Shown: positions 11,604-28,853 of the stretch, one piece after another
Layout: every line of letters starts with the position of its first letter
Numbering within the stretch: position 1 is the first letter of the stretch
Source: Amoebidium appalachense
Lineage: Eukaryota > Protista > Ichthyosporea
Reading direction: 5' to 3'
DNA length: 64,000 bases
NCBI GenBank assembly: GCA_963693365.1
Contig: CAVNZM010000002.1
Location: 17,641,615-17,705,614, forward strand
Translations under genes and position numbers: made by a program
The notes under the pieces: generated by a model
Seen by the model: only the letters and a program-made list of their open reading frames with translations
The model's database searches: none
What the model was told of the DNA's origin: nothing

Positions 11604-13035
11604 ATGGTAGGTGATGGCGTGCCCAGAGTAGCCGTATTTCAGCAGTTAACTGCAAGATAGTTCATGGAATATCTTAGGGCTTTTTTTCTGTCACATAGCC
11701 CACCCTTCTGCCTGCCCAGGCACGCTTCATCCCCCGCCTTCCCCCACCCCACCCGCATCCGCACTCCCCCCCCCCCCCCCCCCCCCCCGCGCGTCGAGTC
11801 TACTTTGCTGCATCCGATTCCCCTCCCCCCTTCCCCCCCCTCCCCCTCCCCCCCCCCCCCCCCCCCCCACCCCCCTTCCCCCTCTCCCGATCTCCTTCCC
11901 CCTCCCCTCCGATCCTCACCTTCTCATCCGTCTCCCGCCTCTCGGCGGGCTCCTTCTTGCCACTTTTGCCGCTTAAACCGTACACACACACGCAAAGACG
12001 GCATGATACCTCTGTCCCTTCACTGGGCATACACACACTGTTGAAGATCTACATGCGGAGTTTGGGTGCAATCGACTGCATAAACATACGGACACAAATT
12101 ACCATCTTGCACCTACACGTGTCTGTAGAGTTCATGTCCATGTCTGTATGAGCCTGTTTCGTGCCTGCCCCTACCCTTACGTGTTTCTTGCCATCATAGC
12201 ACTTGTTTGTGTGGGTAACCAGGCAACTTTGCACTCAAGGGGGTGTGTGCACGGCATCCACCTTGTTGAGAGTAAACCAAGAAAGGTGCCACTCATTGAT
12301 GTTCTCAGCCTTGACAACTAACACTGTGGGATCTGGTGTGTCAGGAGGACGATGCCCAAGACAACTACCAGGGTGGTAAGCTTTCTGTGCCCAAAATGCT
12401 GCATCCCCTTGGTTGTGCATGTTCTAGTCCTTCCTTTGTTTTGTTCTTCATAATGGTACTGTGGTTTATTCTTTATTCACACCACGCTGTTCACTTGTCT
12501 CTCCGCCTGCTCCAACCCTCCCCCCCCTCGCCCATTTTCCCCGGGCCTTCACACCACCAGTTAAACAATTCACGTGTAGATGGCGGCATTGGGTGAGTGC
12601 TTCTTTCCTCAAGCGCTTTGCCCCCTCTCTCCCCCCCCCCCCCCTCCCCCCCTCTCCCTCTCTTCCCGCTCCCCTGAAGTCACTTGTACATGTACAAGCA
12701 ATAGGCAGCAAGATTTCCTCACGTGCATTCCGGCACTCTATCTCAGTGCTTGGTCCTGCTTCTAGCACGTTCCTTGCACACACACTGACACGTGCGCCAG
12801 TTAAGGAGGAGAGGCGGTCCCGGTCCCGGTCCCCCATACGCCACCGGGACTCCATCACCGAACACGACGAGAGGCCAGAGTCCGAGAGCAGGTAGGAGTG
12901 AGAGATAGGGCAGGGCAATGGGGGGCCGGGGGGGGGGGGGGGGGGGGGGGGAGGGGAAGAGGGGAGGGGGGGGAGGGAGGGGGAAGGGTTGGGAGGGAGC
13001 TTGGGGGAGGTGTGTGTGTGTGTATGTCTGTGTGT

Positions 13036-13066
<31 letters not shown>

Positions 13067-13221
13067 GGGAGAGAGAGGGGGGGGGGAGGCTGCTCTGTGC
13101 AGTGTCTTTGGTATATTTATGGTCCCCCTCTCCCCCCTCTTTCTTTTTCTTTTTTTCGTTTCTGTTTTATTTCTTTTCTTTTCTTTTCCTTTTTCTTTTT
13201 TTCTCTTTGCTTCTGTTCTTT

Positions 13222-13259
<38 letters not shown>

Positions 13260-14551
13260 TTCCTTCCTTCCTTCCTTTCTTTCTTTCTTTCTTTTTTTTT
13301 TTTTGAGTGTGTGTGTGGGGGGGGGGGGGGGGAGGGGGGAGGGGGGAAGGGGGAGGCTGTGGGAGAGGAGGAGTGGGGAGGGGTAGCCAAACACCCATAT
13401 AAGCGTTCCTGGCACTTCACATGCTTACACATATACCTCAACACGCATATAAATGTGCCTGGCACTTCACATGCTTACACATATACCTACCTGCAGAGGG
13501 AATCGTGAGGAGCGCAAAGGGGTGAGTCTGTACGTGAGTGGGCTGGCAAACTGCACCAGAGAGGCCGACCTGCTCTCCAAGTTCTCCGCCTATGGCAAGG
13601 TGCGTGGTTGGGGTAGAGTCTGTGTTTGATGGGTGGTTGGGTGTTTAAGGGGACAGTTACCGTTTGGGTTTGTGGGTGGCAGGGGAGCACGCACTGTGTA
13701 GCACTTGGAGGCATGCAGCGAGGGCATGTCAGTGTGTGGTGTGTGCTGTGGGTGTTTTGCCTGGAGGGCATGTCAGTGTGTGGTGTGTGCTGTGGGTGTT
13801 TTGCCTGGTGGGGATGTCAGTGTGTGGTGTGTGCTGTGGGTGTTTTGCCTGGTGGGGATGTCAGTGTGTGGTGTGTGCTGTGGGTGTTTTGCCTGGTGGG
13901 GATGTCAGTGTGTGGTGTGTGCTGTGGGTGTTTTGCCTGGTGGGGATGTCAGTGTCTGGTGTGTGCTGTGGGTGTTTTGCCTGGTGGGGATGTCAGTGTG
14001 TGGTGTGTGCTGTGGGTGTTTTGCCTGGTGGGGATGTCAGTGCGTGGTGTGTGCTGTGGGTGTTTTGCCTGGTGGGGATGTCAGTGTGTGGTGTGTGCTG
14101 TGGGTGTTTTGCCTGGTGGGGATGTCAGTGTGTGGTGTGTGCTGTGGGTGTTTTGCCTGGTGGGGATGTCAGTGTGTGGTGTGTGCTGTGGGTGTTTTGC
14201 CTGGTGGGGATGTCAGTGTGTGGTGTGTGCTGTGGGTGTTTTGCCTGGTGGGGATGTCAGTGTGTGGTGTGTGCTGTGGGTGTTTTGCCTGGTGGGGATG
14301 TCAGTGCGTGGTGTGTGCTGTGGGTGTTTTGCCTGGTGGGGATGTCAGTGTGTGGTGTGTGCTGTGGGTATTTTGCCTGGTGTGCACGTGGGTGCTGGCA
14401 TGCACTGGACATGGCTGGCCTGAGTGCATGCACGTGGCTCACTGTTGGTCTGTGTGGTGCTGCTGGTGCGTGCCTGCGGAACACTGCGACCCGCAGCCAC
14501 ACACCCATCACATCCACCCACAGCCACCGTCGACTGAAATATGCTACCCCC

Positions 14552-14590
<39 letters not shown>

Positions 14591-14644
14591 TCACACACAC
14601 ACACACCTACCCCCCTCCCCCCCCCTTACACACACCCACACCTA

Positions 14645-14679
<35 letters not shown>

Positions 14680-15215
14680 CCCCACACACTGCTCGTCTTT
14701 GATCAAGACGGGTTGACCCGCCCAAGCTCAGTTGATGCTGCTGTCTGAGTTGGAGTGTCGTATATACGCGGGCTAAGGGGTCGAAACTCAGACGCAATTG
14801 ATGACTTGGGTCCTCCCTGAGGATGGGCTCTGCTTATGACGCATACTGTGCACATGGCTGATGTTGCATACTTGAATGTTTGCCTTTGCATGTGTCCTGC
14901 ACCATGCTTCTCGTCGTGTATGCGTACTTTGTACCGTGTTCCGCATTCAAAACCCCCCCCCCTACACACACACCACCCCCCCCGTTCGGCCCTACCCCCC
15001 TCCCCCCCCTACACACACGCACACACATCCCTCCGCCCTCCCCCCAGCCCGCCGCACCTTTGCATCCCAATGCAATACCCCTCCTCCCCTCCTCCCCCCA
15101 TCCCCCCACACACACATACCACCACTGCCCAAACACCCACTCTGACACACACTCAACTCCCCCCTCCCTGTTCGCCCCGACTCCTACACACACCACCATC
15201 GTGCGCGCACAACGA

Positions 15216-15247
<32 letters not shown>

Positions 15248-15253
15248 GCACAC

Positions 15254-15284
<31 letters not shown>

Positions 15285-15342
15285 TGCACACACATGCACA
15301 CACGCACGCACACACACACACACACACACGCACGCGCACACA

Positions 15343-15433
<91 letters not shown>

Positions 15434-17253
15434 AGTGCACGTGTCCATCATCAAGGACCCGCACACGCAGGGGTCGAGAGGGTTTGGGTTTGTGGCCATG
15501 AGCAGTGAGGATGAGGCAGAGCAGGCATTGGCACACATGAACAGGGCCAGCCTGGATGGAAGAAATATCACCGTGGAGATGGTAGGGTGTGTGTGTGTGG
15601 GGGGGGGGGATGGGTGGGTGGGCGTGGGTGTATGTGTGTGTGTACATTCTGCAATACGTATATGTGCATGCTTCCACTGTGTGGACGTGCGCGCGTGTGT
15701 GTGTGCGTGCGTGCGCGCGCGCAGGCGTGTGCGTGCGTGTGCGTGTGTGAATGCCTGCCCCGTGTTTGTGGGTGCATGCTTGCAGTGTGTGCCTGTGCAT
15801 GCCTACCGTGTGTGCACTGCGCTGATACCTGCCAGTGCTTTCTGATACCCCCTGGCCTTGCAGCATGCACCGGGCTGGCAACAGCAGACACACACATGGC
15901 CCCAAGGCCACCTGGCATTCAGGCCAAATGACTATATGACATACAATGGACAAAGGCACGCAATCAGGACATGCACACCAATGAAATGCAAAGACAAAAC
16001 ATGCACACAGGCACACACAGTTGCAGCATTCAGTGCTCAGTTTCAGGGCAGGACACAGGCCATGGCAGTGTGTGATAATTGGCCAATCAGGCACAGCACA
16101 GACATAGCAGTGCACAGGCTGACAACTGATTGGACGACACATTGGGAGGGCAGTGGTGGTGGTCTGGTGCAGCCACACGTGCAGCCAATCACGTGCAGGC
16201 ATGGCAAGGCAAAGGCATTCCGAATGGTGTTATGGCAGAGGGTGCAGTAAGAACACAGGCTCACTCAGCATTACGAGCACACCAGAAGCAGATATTGCAG
16301 ACACCCACAGTACTATCAGCACACCAGGGTCAGGCATGCATGACAGGCACATGGCAGTGTGCAGCCAAACACGTGCAGGCACAGGGGCACAGACACACAC
16401 AGTATCAGCACACCAGCTGCAGGGCACATGGGTACACATGCACACTCAGGTTGTCACAGATGACGGGCAGAAGCAGCGAAAACATGTGCTTAGTATCCAG
16501 ATGGCATGGGCAGAAATGCAACCAGCACACAGGCACAGTGCCAGCAGGAACAGAAAAACATTGGCTCAGGGTCATGCATGAAGGTATTGGCTGGGGGCAC
16601 AGCAGTGGGCCATGGGCAGGTCGGCAGGGAGCTGGGCTGGACACATGACATGCATCCAATGACATTGCCCATTTAAAAATTTAAACTGTGGACCAATCAG
16701 GCACGGCGTCCACGGCCGCACTCGCCCACGCCCGGGCGCTACCACGGCAGCAAAGGGATGGATGTGGGGCGCAGGGAGGACAGGTTCCGATCTGACAGGG
16801 CTGTGGGCACCCGCTACGGCTATGAGGACAGATACAGATCAGACCCGGACCTGTACCGCCGCCCCTACGCCTCGGACTATGACAGGTGACCATGGGCATG
16901 GGCATGGGGTGGCTTGTGGTCTCTGGGTGGTGTGGTCGGATTGTGGGGCTGCTTTAATGTTTGAGCCCATATTGCGTCCTGGTGGCCTGGGTGTGCATGT
17001 GTTTTGCCTTTCTCTTCTGTATCTGGGTGAGAAAGAGAGTCATGGGTCTTGTGTGCGTGGAGAAAAAATGAAGAGTGGGTTGGGGTCTGACGTGTGGCTG
17101 GGTGGGTGCAGGGGATATCCTCCTCCACGGTCCGTCTATGAAAGGTGAGAGTGTGGTTGCCCCCGTGTGGTGGTAGTAACTATAAGAGGGTGGTGCATGT
17201 TAATGTGGTTGTGGACAGACTGGGTGGGCGGAAAAGGTGACGGAGCAGAGGAT

Positions 17254-17286
<33 letters not shown>

Positions 17287-17751
17287 GGGGGGTTACGTGC
17301 AATCGAATGGAAACAGGCACACGTTTTGGTTGTGATGTCACGTGCTCATACTCTCACGTGCGCACACACGAGTGTCTGAACGGGCAGAGGTGATGTGTGC
17401 ACGTTAGCACACACAAGTATGTACACAGCAGACATGTAACCACTCCCACGAGCACACACATGCACACACACAAGTACACACGTATGCATGCACCCACCCA
17501 TATACGTGCGACTAAGTGAACACATATACCCCCCCCCCACACACACACACGCACACGCATGCGCACACAGACACGTACTAACAGGACACCGGGCTACACA
17601 TACAATGACCCGAACACATCGGCACCCACACCCACATACACGGACCAAATACCCATACTCATACCCATGCACATTGCCTAAAACAGACAGACATACACAA
17701 ACACATACACATACACATACCCTGACACACATACACATTCGCATACATACA

Positions 17752-17809
<58 letters not shown>

Positions 17810-18554
17810 AGCACTACTTGCGCGCACACACATCCATATACATATGTACACCCACCCACACCCACCCACCCACACACCTACAATACCTACACCCACACAA
17901 GTACACCCCCTCACACGTATGCACCCATCCCCTAGGGCGTACAGTGATCTGCGTGGTGACCGCTATGAGGACCGCTATGACCGCTACCGCCTGACCGACC
18001 CCCTGGGCAGAGAGCCGCTGGGCAGAGAGCCCCTGGGCAGAGAGCCCCTGGGCAGAGACTATAGGGACACACGAGACTATGCAAGGGACTACTATGCACG
18101 CCCTGCTTCGTCTTCACTGTGCGTTTGCTATCCTCCCCCTCAGACGCAATTGATGGCTTGGGCCCTCCCTGAGGATGGGCTCTGCTTATGACGCATACTG
18201 TGCGCATGGATGATGTTGCATACTTGAATATTTTGCCTTTGCATGCTTTGCATGTGTCCTGCACCATGCTTCTCATCGTGTATGCGTACTTCGTACCGTG
18301 TTCCGCATTCAAACTCCCCCCCCCCCCCCCCCCCCCCCCTCCCCCCTGTTTCGTCTAGCTCGATGTAATTGGATCCTCCTCTCTATGTCGATTCCCCCGT
18401 GATTGTTTGTATTACCCCCTCTTTGCTTGGACTTGCTGCTGTGTGTTTGCATCACCTAACTGTTGATGTGTACTCTTTGTGTGCTATGCAATCTGCATTG
18501 TGTTGTCTGCCGTGAATGTTACCTCGTACTGTGAGTAAGTAACACATCTGGCCT

Positions 18555-18606
<52 letters not shown>

Positions 18607-19185
18607 CCCCCACCCCCACCCCCACCCCCTCCCTCTGCGCCTCCGTGCCACCCCTGTGTTTGGACCCACCCTTTCAACCTGGACCCCCCGAGGACATCCC
18701 CTGTTACGGTTCACCCATGCATGCATCATACTGTCTACGTTGATTGTGCACCTCGCACTCGGTCCGGAGTCTAACCAATCCTCCTCCCCCCCCCCCCCCC
18801 CCAAACACACACACCCACACACACACCCCGACACACATCCCTCTTCCTGCATGCACATGCACACATGCACACATACACACACACGTGAACGGACACATGC
18901 TCCCACGCACGTGCACCCATGCACAAACATACACACACAGACACCCATCCACCCACACGCACAAGTCCACCCACCCACACGCACACACACGTGAGCGTAC
19001 ACACACGCACACACACACACGCGCGCACGCACGCACGCACGCACAGGTACATGCCATCATCACGCGATGACCGCTTCAGCTCCTTGGGTCTCAGCTCCTC
19101 CAGCCGCTACGACTCCTTGGCCCCTCCCCGCAGCGCCGCATATGGCAGGAGAGAGCGCTCACGCTCACCCTACACCTACCGTTAA
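11604..19185 (+). CDS. TRA2: Transformer-2/SR45a-like RRM splicing factor; exons ~11604-11610, 12801-12891, 13497-13599, 15432-15581, 16701-16885, 17936-18118, 19047-19185
   Basis: All junctions are GT..AG and phase-consistent (first micro-exon uncertain). N-terminal RSRSRSP, RNP2 LYVSGL, RNP1 RGFGFVAM, Tra2/SR45a linker ARRPRPHSPTPGRYHG, RD/RY-rich tail ending RERSRSPYTYR*. Confidence 0.88.
13728..14382 (+). repeat. 44-bp GT-rich minisatellite, ~15 copies, in Tra2-like intron 3
   Basis: Unit GTCAGTGTGTGGTGTGTGCTGTGGGTGTTTTGCCTGGTGGGGAT repeats from 13728 to the last unit at 14344, nearly identical. Confidence 0.95.
14691..14952 (+). ncRNA. Structured intronic element, copy 1 (candidate ncRNA or SINE-like repeat)
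   Basis: Helices GCCCA-ag-CTCAG (14720-31)/CTGAG-ga-TGGGC (14817-28), GTCTGAGTT/AACTCAGAC (14743-51/14785-93) and ACGCATAC/GTATGCGT (14839-46/14918-25). Homologous to 18139-18313 and 26271-26492. Confidence 0.5.
18139..18313 (+). repeat. Structured intronic element, copy 2 (lacks the 5' arm), 20 nt downstream of a Tra2-like donor site
   Basis: Near-identical to 14787-14952 (CTCAGACGCAATTGATG..CCTGAGGATGGGCTCTGCTTATGACGCATAC..GTGTTCCGCATTCAAA), with a few substitutions and a short duplication. Confidence 0.85.
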
Positions 19186-20099
19186 AAATTAACTCTGCCG
19201 TTTGATTGGCTGGTGGGCAGTGACGTGGCTAACACTAGTATCGGATTGGCGGGTGTTAGGGGATGAGTATGGAGGCAGTAAATGGATTGGTAGCTACGGA
19301 AGGTGTGAATACGATGGGAGAGCCTTAGAAGGTTGATTTGTGCTAGCTTTAGGAAGGTAAATGGATGGTCGGTTGGTGGGGAGTGGGAGGGAGCAATGGG
19401 ATGGAGTCCGGGGGGGGGGGGGGGGGGGGGGGGAGGGGGGGGAGGCAATGGGATGGAGTCCCGGGGGGGGGGGGGGGGGAGGGGGGATGGATAGAGAGGA
19501 TGTTTTGCGGTAGGCTGCAATGAAATCAGCTGTCGCTATGAATTGAGTTCTCTTACCCAACCGGGCATAATATAGCCAACTTGCTCAGTTATCCGTGGTG
19601 CTGATATGTCCATGCGGTGGTGTATGAAAATAAAGCCAATGCACACAGATGGCACCCCTGGGCATGTGCATGCGATGCCCTGTAAGAACAGGTTTCGGGG
19701 CATGCGTAGATGCTATATGGGGTTCAATTTCCCACTTTCGTTTTTTATTCCCCTCCCCTCCCTCCTCCTCCTCCCTTAGCACGAAGTCCGTTGCTTTAGC
19801 CTCCCCGGGCCTGTCTGCATTTTTGTTGGTGCAAAGTGGAATTGAAATACAGTTCGGAAGGTTGTGTGACACTGTGTGTCCGTGTGCGCGGCGTGTGTGT
19901 GTACACAGTGAGTGTGCGTGTGTTCAAGATGTTTAACGGAGGGCTCGTACGTAATCAAGCAAATTCCGACATGTGTGTGTGTGTGTGTGTGTGCAGGTGC
20001 GGGTGCGTGCGTGACTGTATGCTTGTGCGCGTATCTGCCACGTGCACGATGTGACTGTGCATGCGCACTTGCATGTGCATGTATGTGTGTGTGTGTGTG

Positions 20100-20175
<76 letters not shown>

Positions 20176-20219
20176 AAGCATGTTTGGTTTGTGTTTAATT
20201 TTCCTGTGGGCGTGGAGGG

Positions 20220-20259
<40 letters not shown>

Positions 20260-21487
20260 TATGCACATGAGAGACACTCGCTCAGACTTTGTGTTCCGTC
20301 CCCAGCTGCAGACTTCAAGAAATGCCAAGACCACACTGCGGCTTCGACTTTTGGTTTACTTTTCCGTGCTTTCTTTCGGTATCCGAGGCACACATGCGCA
20401 CCATAATTCTATGCTGGCAATCTTGTTTTGCTTGGAAACTGTTTCTAGTACTAGCCCGTTGGTGCCGCCTTCAAACCTTCAGAGATAAACTCTCAACAAG
20501 GAGCATGGATCCCCCCGGTAGAAAGCTTTTACCACACCCTTTACTCGGAAACGACCGATGATCGTCACACAAAAAAATCTTCTAAGGGTTCCAAACACTC
20601 CGCCGCTGACATGTCATTTCATGCAGAGCAGCTAAGCTAATATCACTATTAGAAAGGACAAAATTGCGAACCAAGAAGATACGAGTAAGTGAGTGCAAAC
20701 TAAAATCACGAGGTGATCATGTTGAAACGAATTCAGCTGTCTTCTAGCACTTGCCACAACAACTTGACGTACCAAACCAATACACATAATACCGTCAGAA
20801 TCGATAGGATAACTAGATACTTTAAGACGGCTTAGCTGGAACAACGGTATCAAAGAGGAAGAAAGATTGGTGGGGGGTGGGGTGGAATACAGAGGGATGC
20901 TACGGTACGAGGGACGATAACACCACATGTACTAATTGAATACTGTGTGCTTCCATTAGATATTTCTTGCCCCAGGTCCTCCCCCCCCCCCCCCCCCCCC
21001 TTCTGCCACACGCTTCCTGCCTCCCCAACCCCTTTTCCGTGGGACTTGGGCTGGGACTGTGGGGAGTTTTTCTTTTTTTTTCTTTTCTTTTTTTTTTTTT
21101 GGGGGGGGGGGGGGGAGGGGGGGGGGGGGGAGGGGCCGGGGAAGGGGGAAGGGGGAGGGGGGAGGGGGAAGGGGGAGGGGGAGGGGGAGGGGAGGGGGGA
21201 GGGGGGGACGTGTACGCAGCCGTGCACTGCATGACACGCTCTTGCTTTGCCGCTGTTCACTGACTTGAGTGTAGGCATGCCAATGTGCATTCTAAGGGCC
21301 ATGGTCAAGCGAGTGCAGCCAGTTCGGAATACGAGACTAAAAAACGTGTCCGACAGACCCCGGAATCGTCCTCAATGTGTGCACTTCAAGCTTGTGTTAT
21401 TTTTTTTAGTTTTGAACTGAATACTTTTCGGATCGATGTACGCTAAACTTGGTCCGTAATATGGCTTGGGTTCTGGATTTGTAGCGC

Positions 21488-21558
<71 letters not shown>

Positions 21559-21593
21559 AAGACATGCACACACACGCACGCACACAAAGACAT

Positions 21594-21634
<41 letters not shown>

Positions 21635-21791
21635 TACGGTATACACATACAAACACACATCACACACGACACATACCGCGCGACAGCCACAGAATCAAGC
21701 CCTCTCCCCCCTTCACCCCCCTCCTGCGCGCTCCCTTCCCCTCCCCTTCCGAGGGGACGTATTATACATATATATAGTATATACATATATA

Positions 21792-21824
<33 letters not shown>

Positions 21825-21950
21825 CCGATCATAGATATGTATATACTAAATAAATATCGTATCATATCATCATGATCATCTATTTATAATGATCCGATCG
21901 GATCATCATTTTGATGGATATCATATTGGGGGGAGGGTAGGAGGAGGGCC

Positions 21951-22284
<334 letters not shown>

Positions 22285-23224
22285 TGTGTGTGTGTGAAGA
22301 TCAGAGTCGCGAGCGCACACACACACACACTCAAGCATGCACACATGTTCATACATGCACATACATGCACACGTACACACAAACACACAGTGAGAGAGAG
22401 GCACAGTCAATGCACATACACATGCACACGCACATAATAGTATATATGGCGCGCGTGCACTTAGGTGTGTTGTTGATTTGCACACCTGCAGGTGTATATA
22501 CCGGAAAGCAAGAAAATGTTCAATGACTACCACAACGTCCCATTTCCTGTCCGACCCACTTCTAGTCAGCTCTTCTAGTCACTTAACTTTTGTCCAAGCT
22601 TGAAGGGGAAGGACAAAAACGTCTCCATATGCTTTTCGAAACGTGTTGCAAGCAAGAAGGATAGGCTCGAAAAAGAAAAGCAAGAAAAGGCCTGGACGAC
22701 CACGTGTACTTAATCCAATAGTTCGTGCAGTTTAGCCCGAGGGGCCCAAGGGGCCGGAGAGCCCAATACGAGCACACAAGTAGTATGTTTGATCAGTGGT
22801 TCCCGCGGTGACCTGGCGCTCGTGCACATATTGCTGGTGTCAGTGTTTTACAACCGTGCCATAATGCGTACTGAGAATATTGCTGCAGTGGAATAATACC
22901 GATTGCTGTGTAGCATGATGTACAGATTGCAAGAACGAAGGATCTTCGGTGATGAGCACTCGAATACTTGAGCGAACGAATTACTATGAAGGCCAAGCTT
23001 ATAAGCCCGAATCACGCACCCGGCCCCTGGACTCCTGCGGCCAGCTCCGAAGAGCCGCGGCCCTCGCGGTGGCCGTGCAGGTGTGGTTGCACACGCACCC
23101 TCGCTGCAGGCTTTGGGGTCCGGGCTGGCCCGTTCCGGTGCTGCACTGAGGCTGGCAGCTCCAACTTACCCAGAATTATAGTCACTCTGAGTGCTGTCTC
23201 CGTGCGGCCTCTCCTTCTTCTTCT

Positions 23225-23260
<36 letters not shown>

Positions 23261-23429
23261 TTGCCGCAGATTAGTAGCACAGCGTAGTAGGGCCGGGCCC
23301 GGCCACTTACGGCGTGTTGGCTTACAATTGTCGACTTAAAAGGGGGCCCTACGTAGAGCTCCCTTTCGTAAACCTGCTTGCACACACTCACACAACGTAA
23401 GCCAGCGGGTACATAGCCTTGGAGACTAC

Positions 23430-23525
23430 CAGAGTTACGTAACCTACGTTACGTCAGTGATACCTTGTAAGCCAATCACAGACGTCTTTAAAGTGCAGAG
23501 ACGCTTAGCCATTGGCTAAGAGTGC
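23430..23525. promoter_or_regulatory. Putative promoter of the Rpr2/Snm1-like gene: CCAAT boxes and ACGT/CRE-like repeats
   Basis: TTACGTAACCTACGTTACGTCA (~23435), GCCAATCA (~23470), GACGTC and CATTGGCT (~23510), about 250 bp upstream of ATG 23753. Confidence 0.4.
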
Positions 23526-23752
23526 ATCACACGAGCGCACCGGGCCGCCGGATCATCCCGGTCACGGCAAAGCTAGGCCTTGCACCAGTCAGCACCAGTC
23601 AGCCACAAGGCCCTCCACAGGATGCCACTCTTTCATGACCGCGACAGGTGTGTGCACACAGCAGCGACCGTGACAGGTGTGTGCACACAGCAGCGCACAG
23701 CGCAATCATTCCACGGTTCGAGAACACAGCACCCAGGGGACAACCGTGCGCC

Positions 23753-28430
<4,678 letters not shown>

Positions 28431-28811
28431 CTTGTGGCCAATCATACACAGGGGGCATCGAGTGTTGAGCTGGCCGTGAGATATGTGGATGCTGTTAGGC
28501 CAATCACAATAAAGTCCTGTACGGAAAATAGTGCCACCCTGCGGATGAAAGTTACACAGATTTTTTTCACAGGGAATTATGTAAACAGAGAAGTGAACAG
28601 AGTACTTTCACAGAATAAACACAGGGTAACTTTATTGGTCCTGTGAACGTTATTATTGGCAATATCGAGACGACTCGGGGGCCACAATATGTTGCCCAAC
28701 TTGCCTATCATATTATTGTATGCATGGCAGAGAGAGGCTTGTTCGAATCATCATGTGAGACTCTATGCCAAAAAATTTGAAAACTATGAAGTTCCGATGC
28801 TCAATTGAATA

Positions 28812-28853
<42 letters not shown>

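Noticed and set aside
13626-14748. Long Cys/Val/Trp-rich ORFs in all three frames
   Set aside because: Artefact of the stop-free 44-bp minisatellite inside a Tra2-like intron.
14783-14830. Hammerhead ribozyme reading (GAAA..GUC..CUGAGGA) of the structured element, also in copy 3
   Set aside because: Core-like words are present, but only 3-4 nt separate the NUH from CUGANGA (no stem I) and stem II does not close properly.
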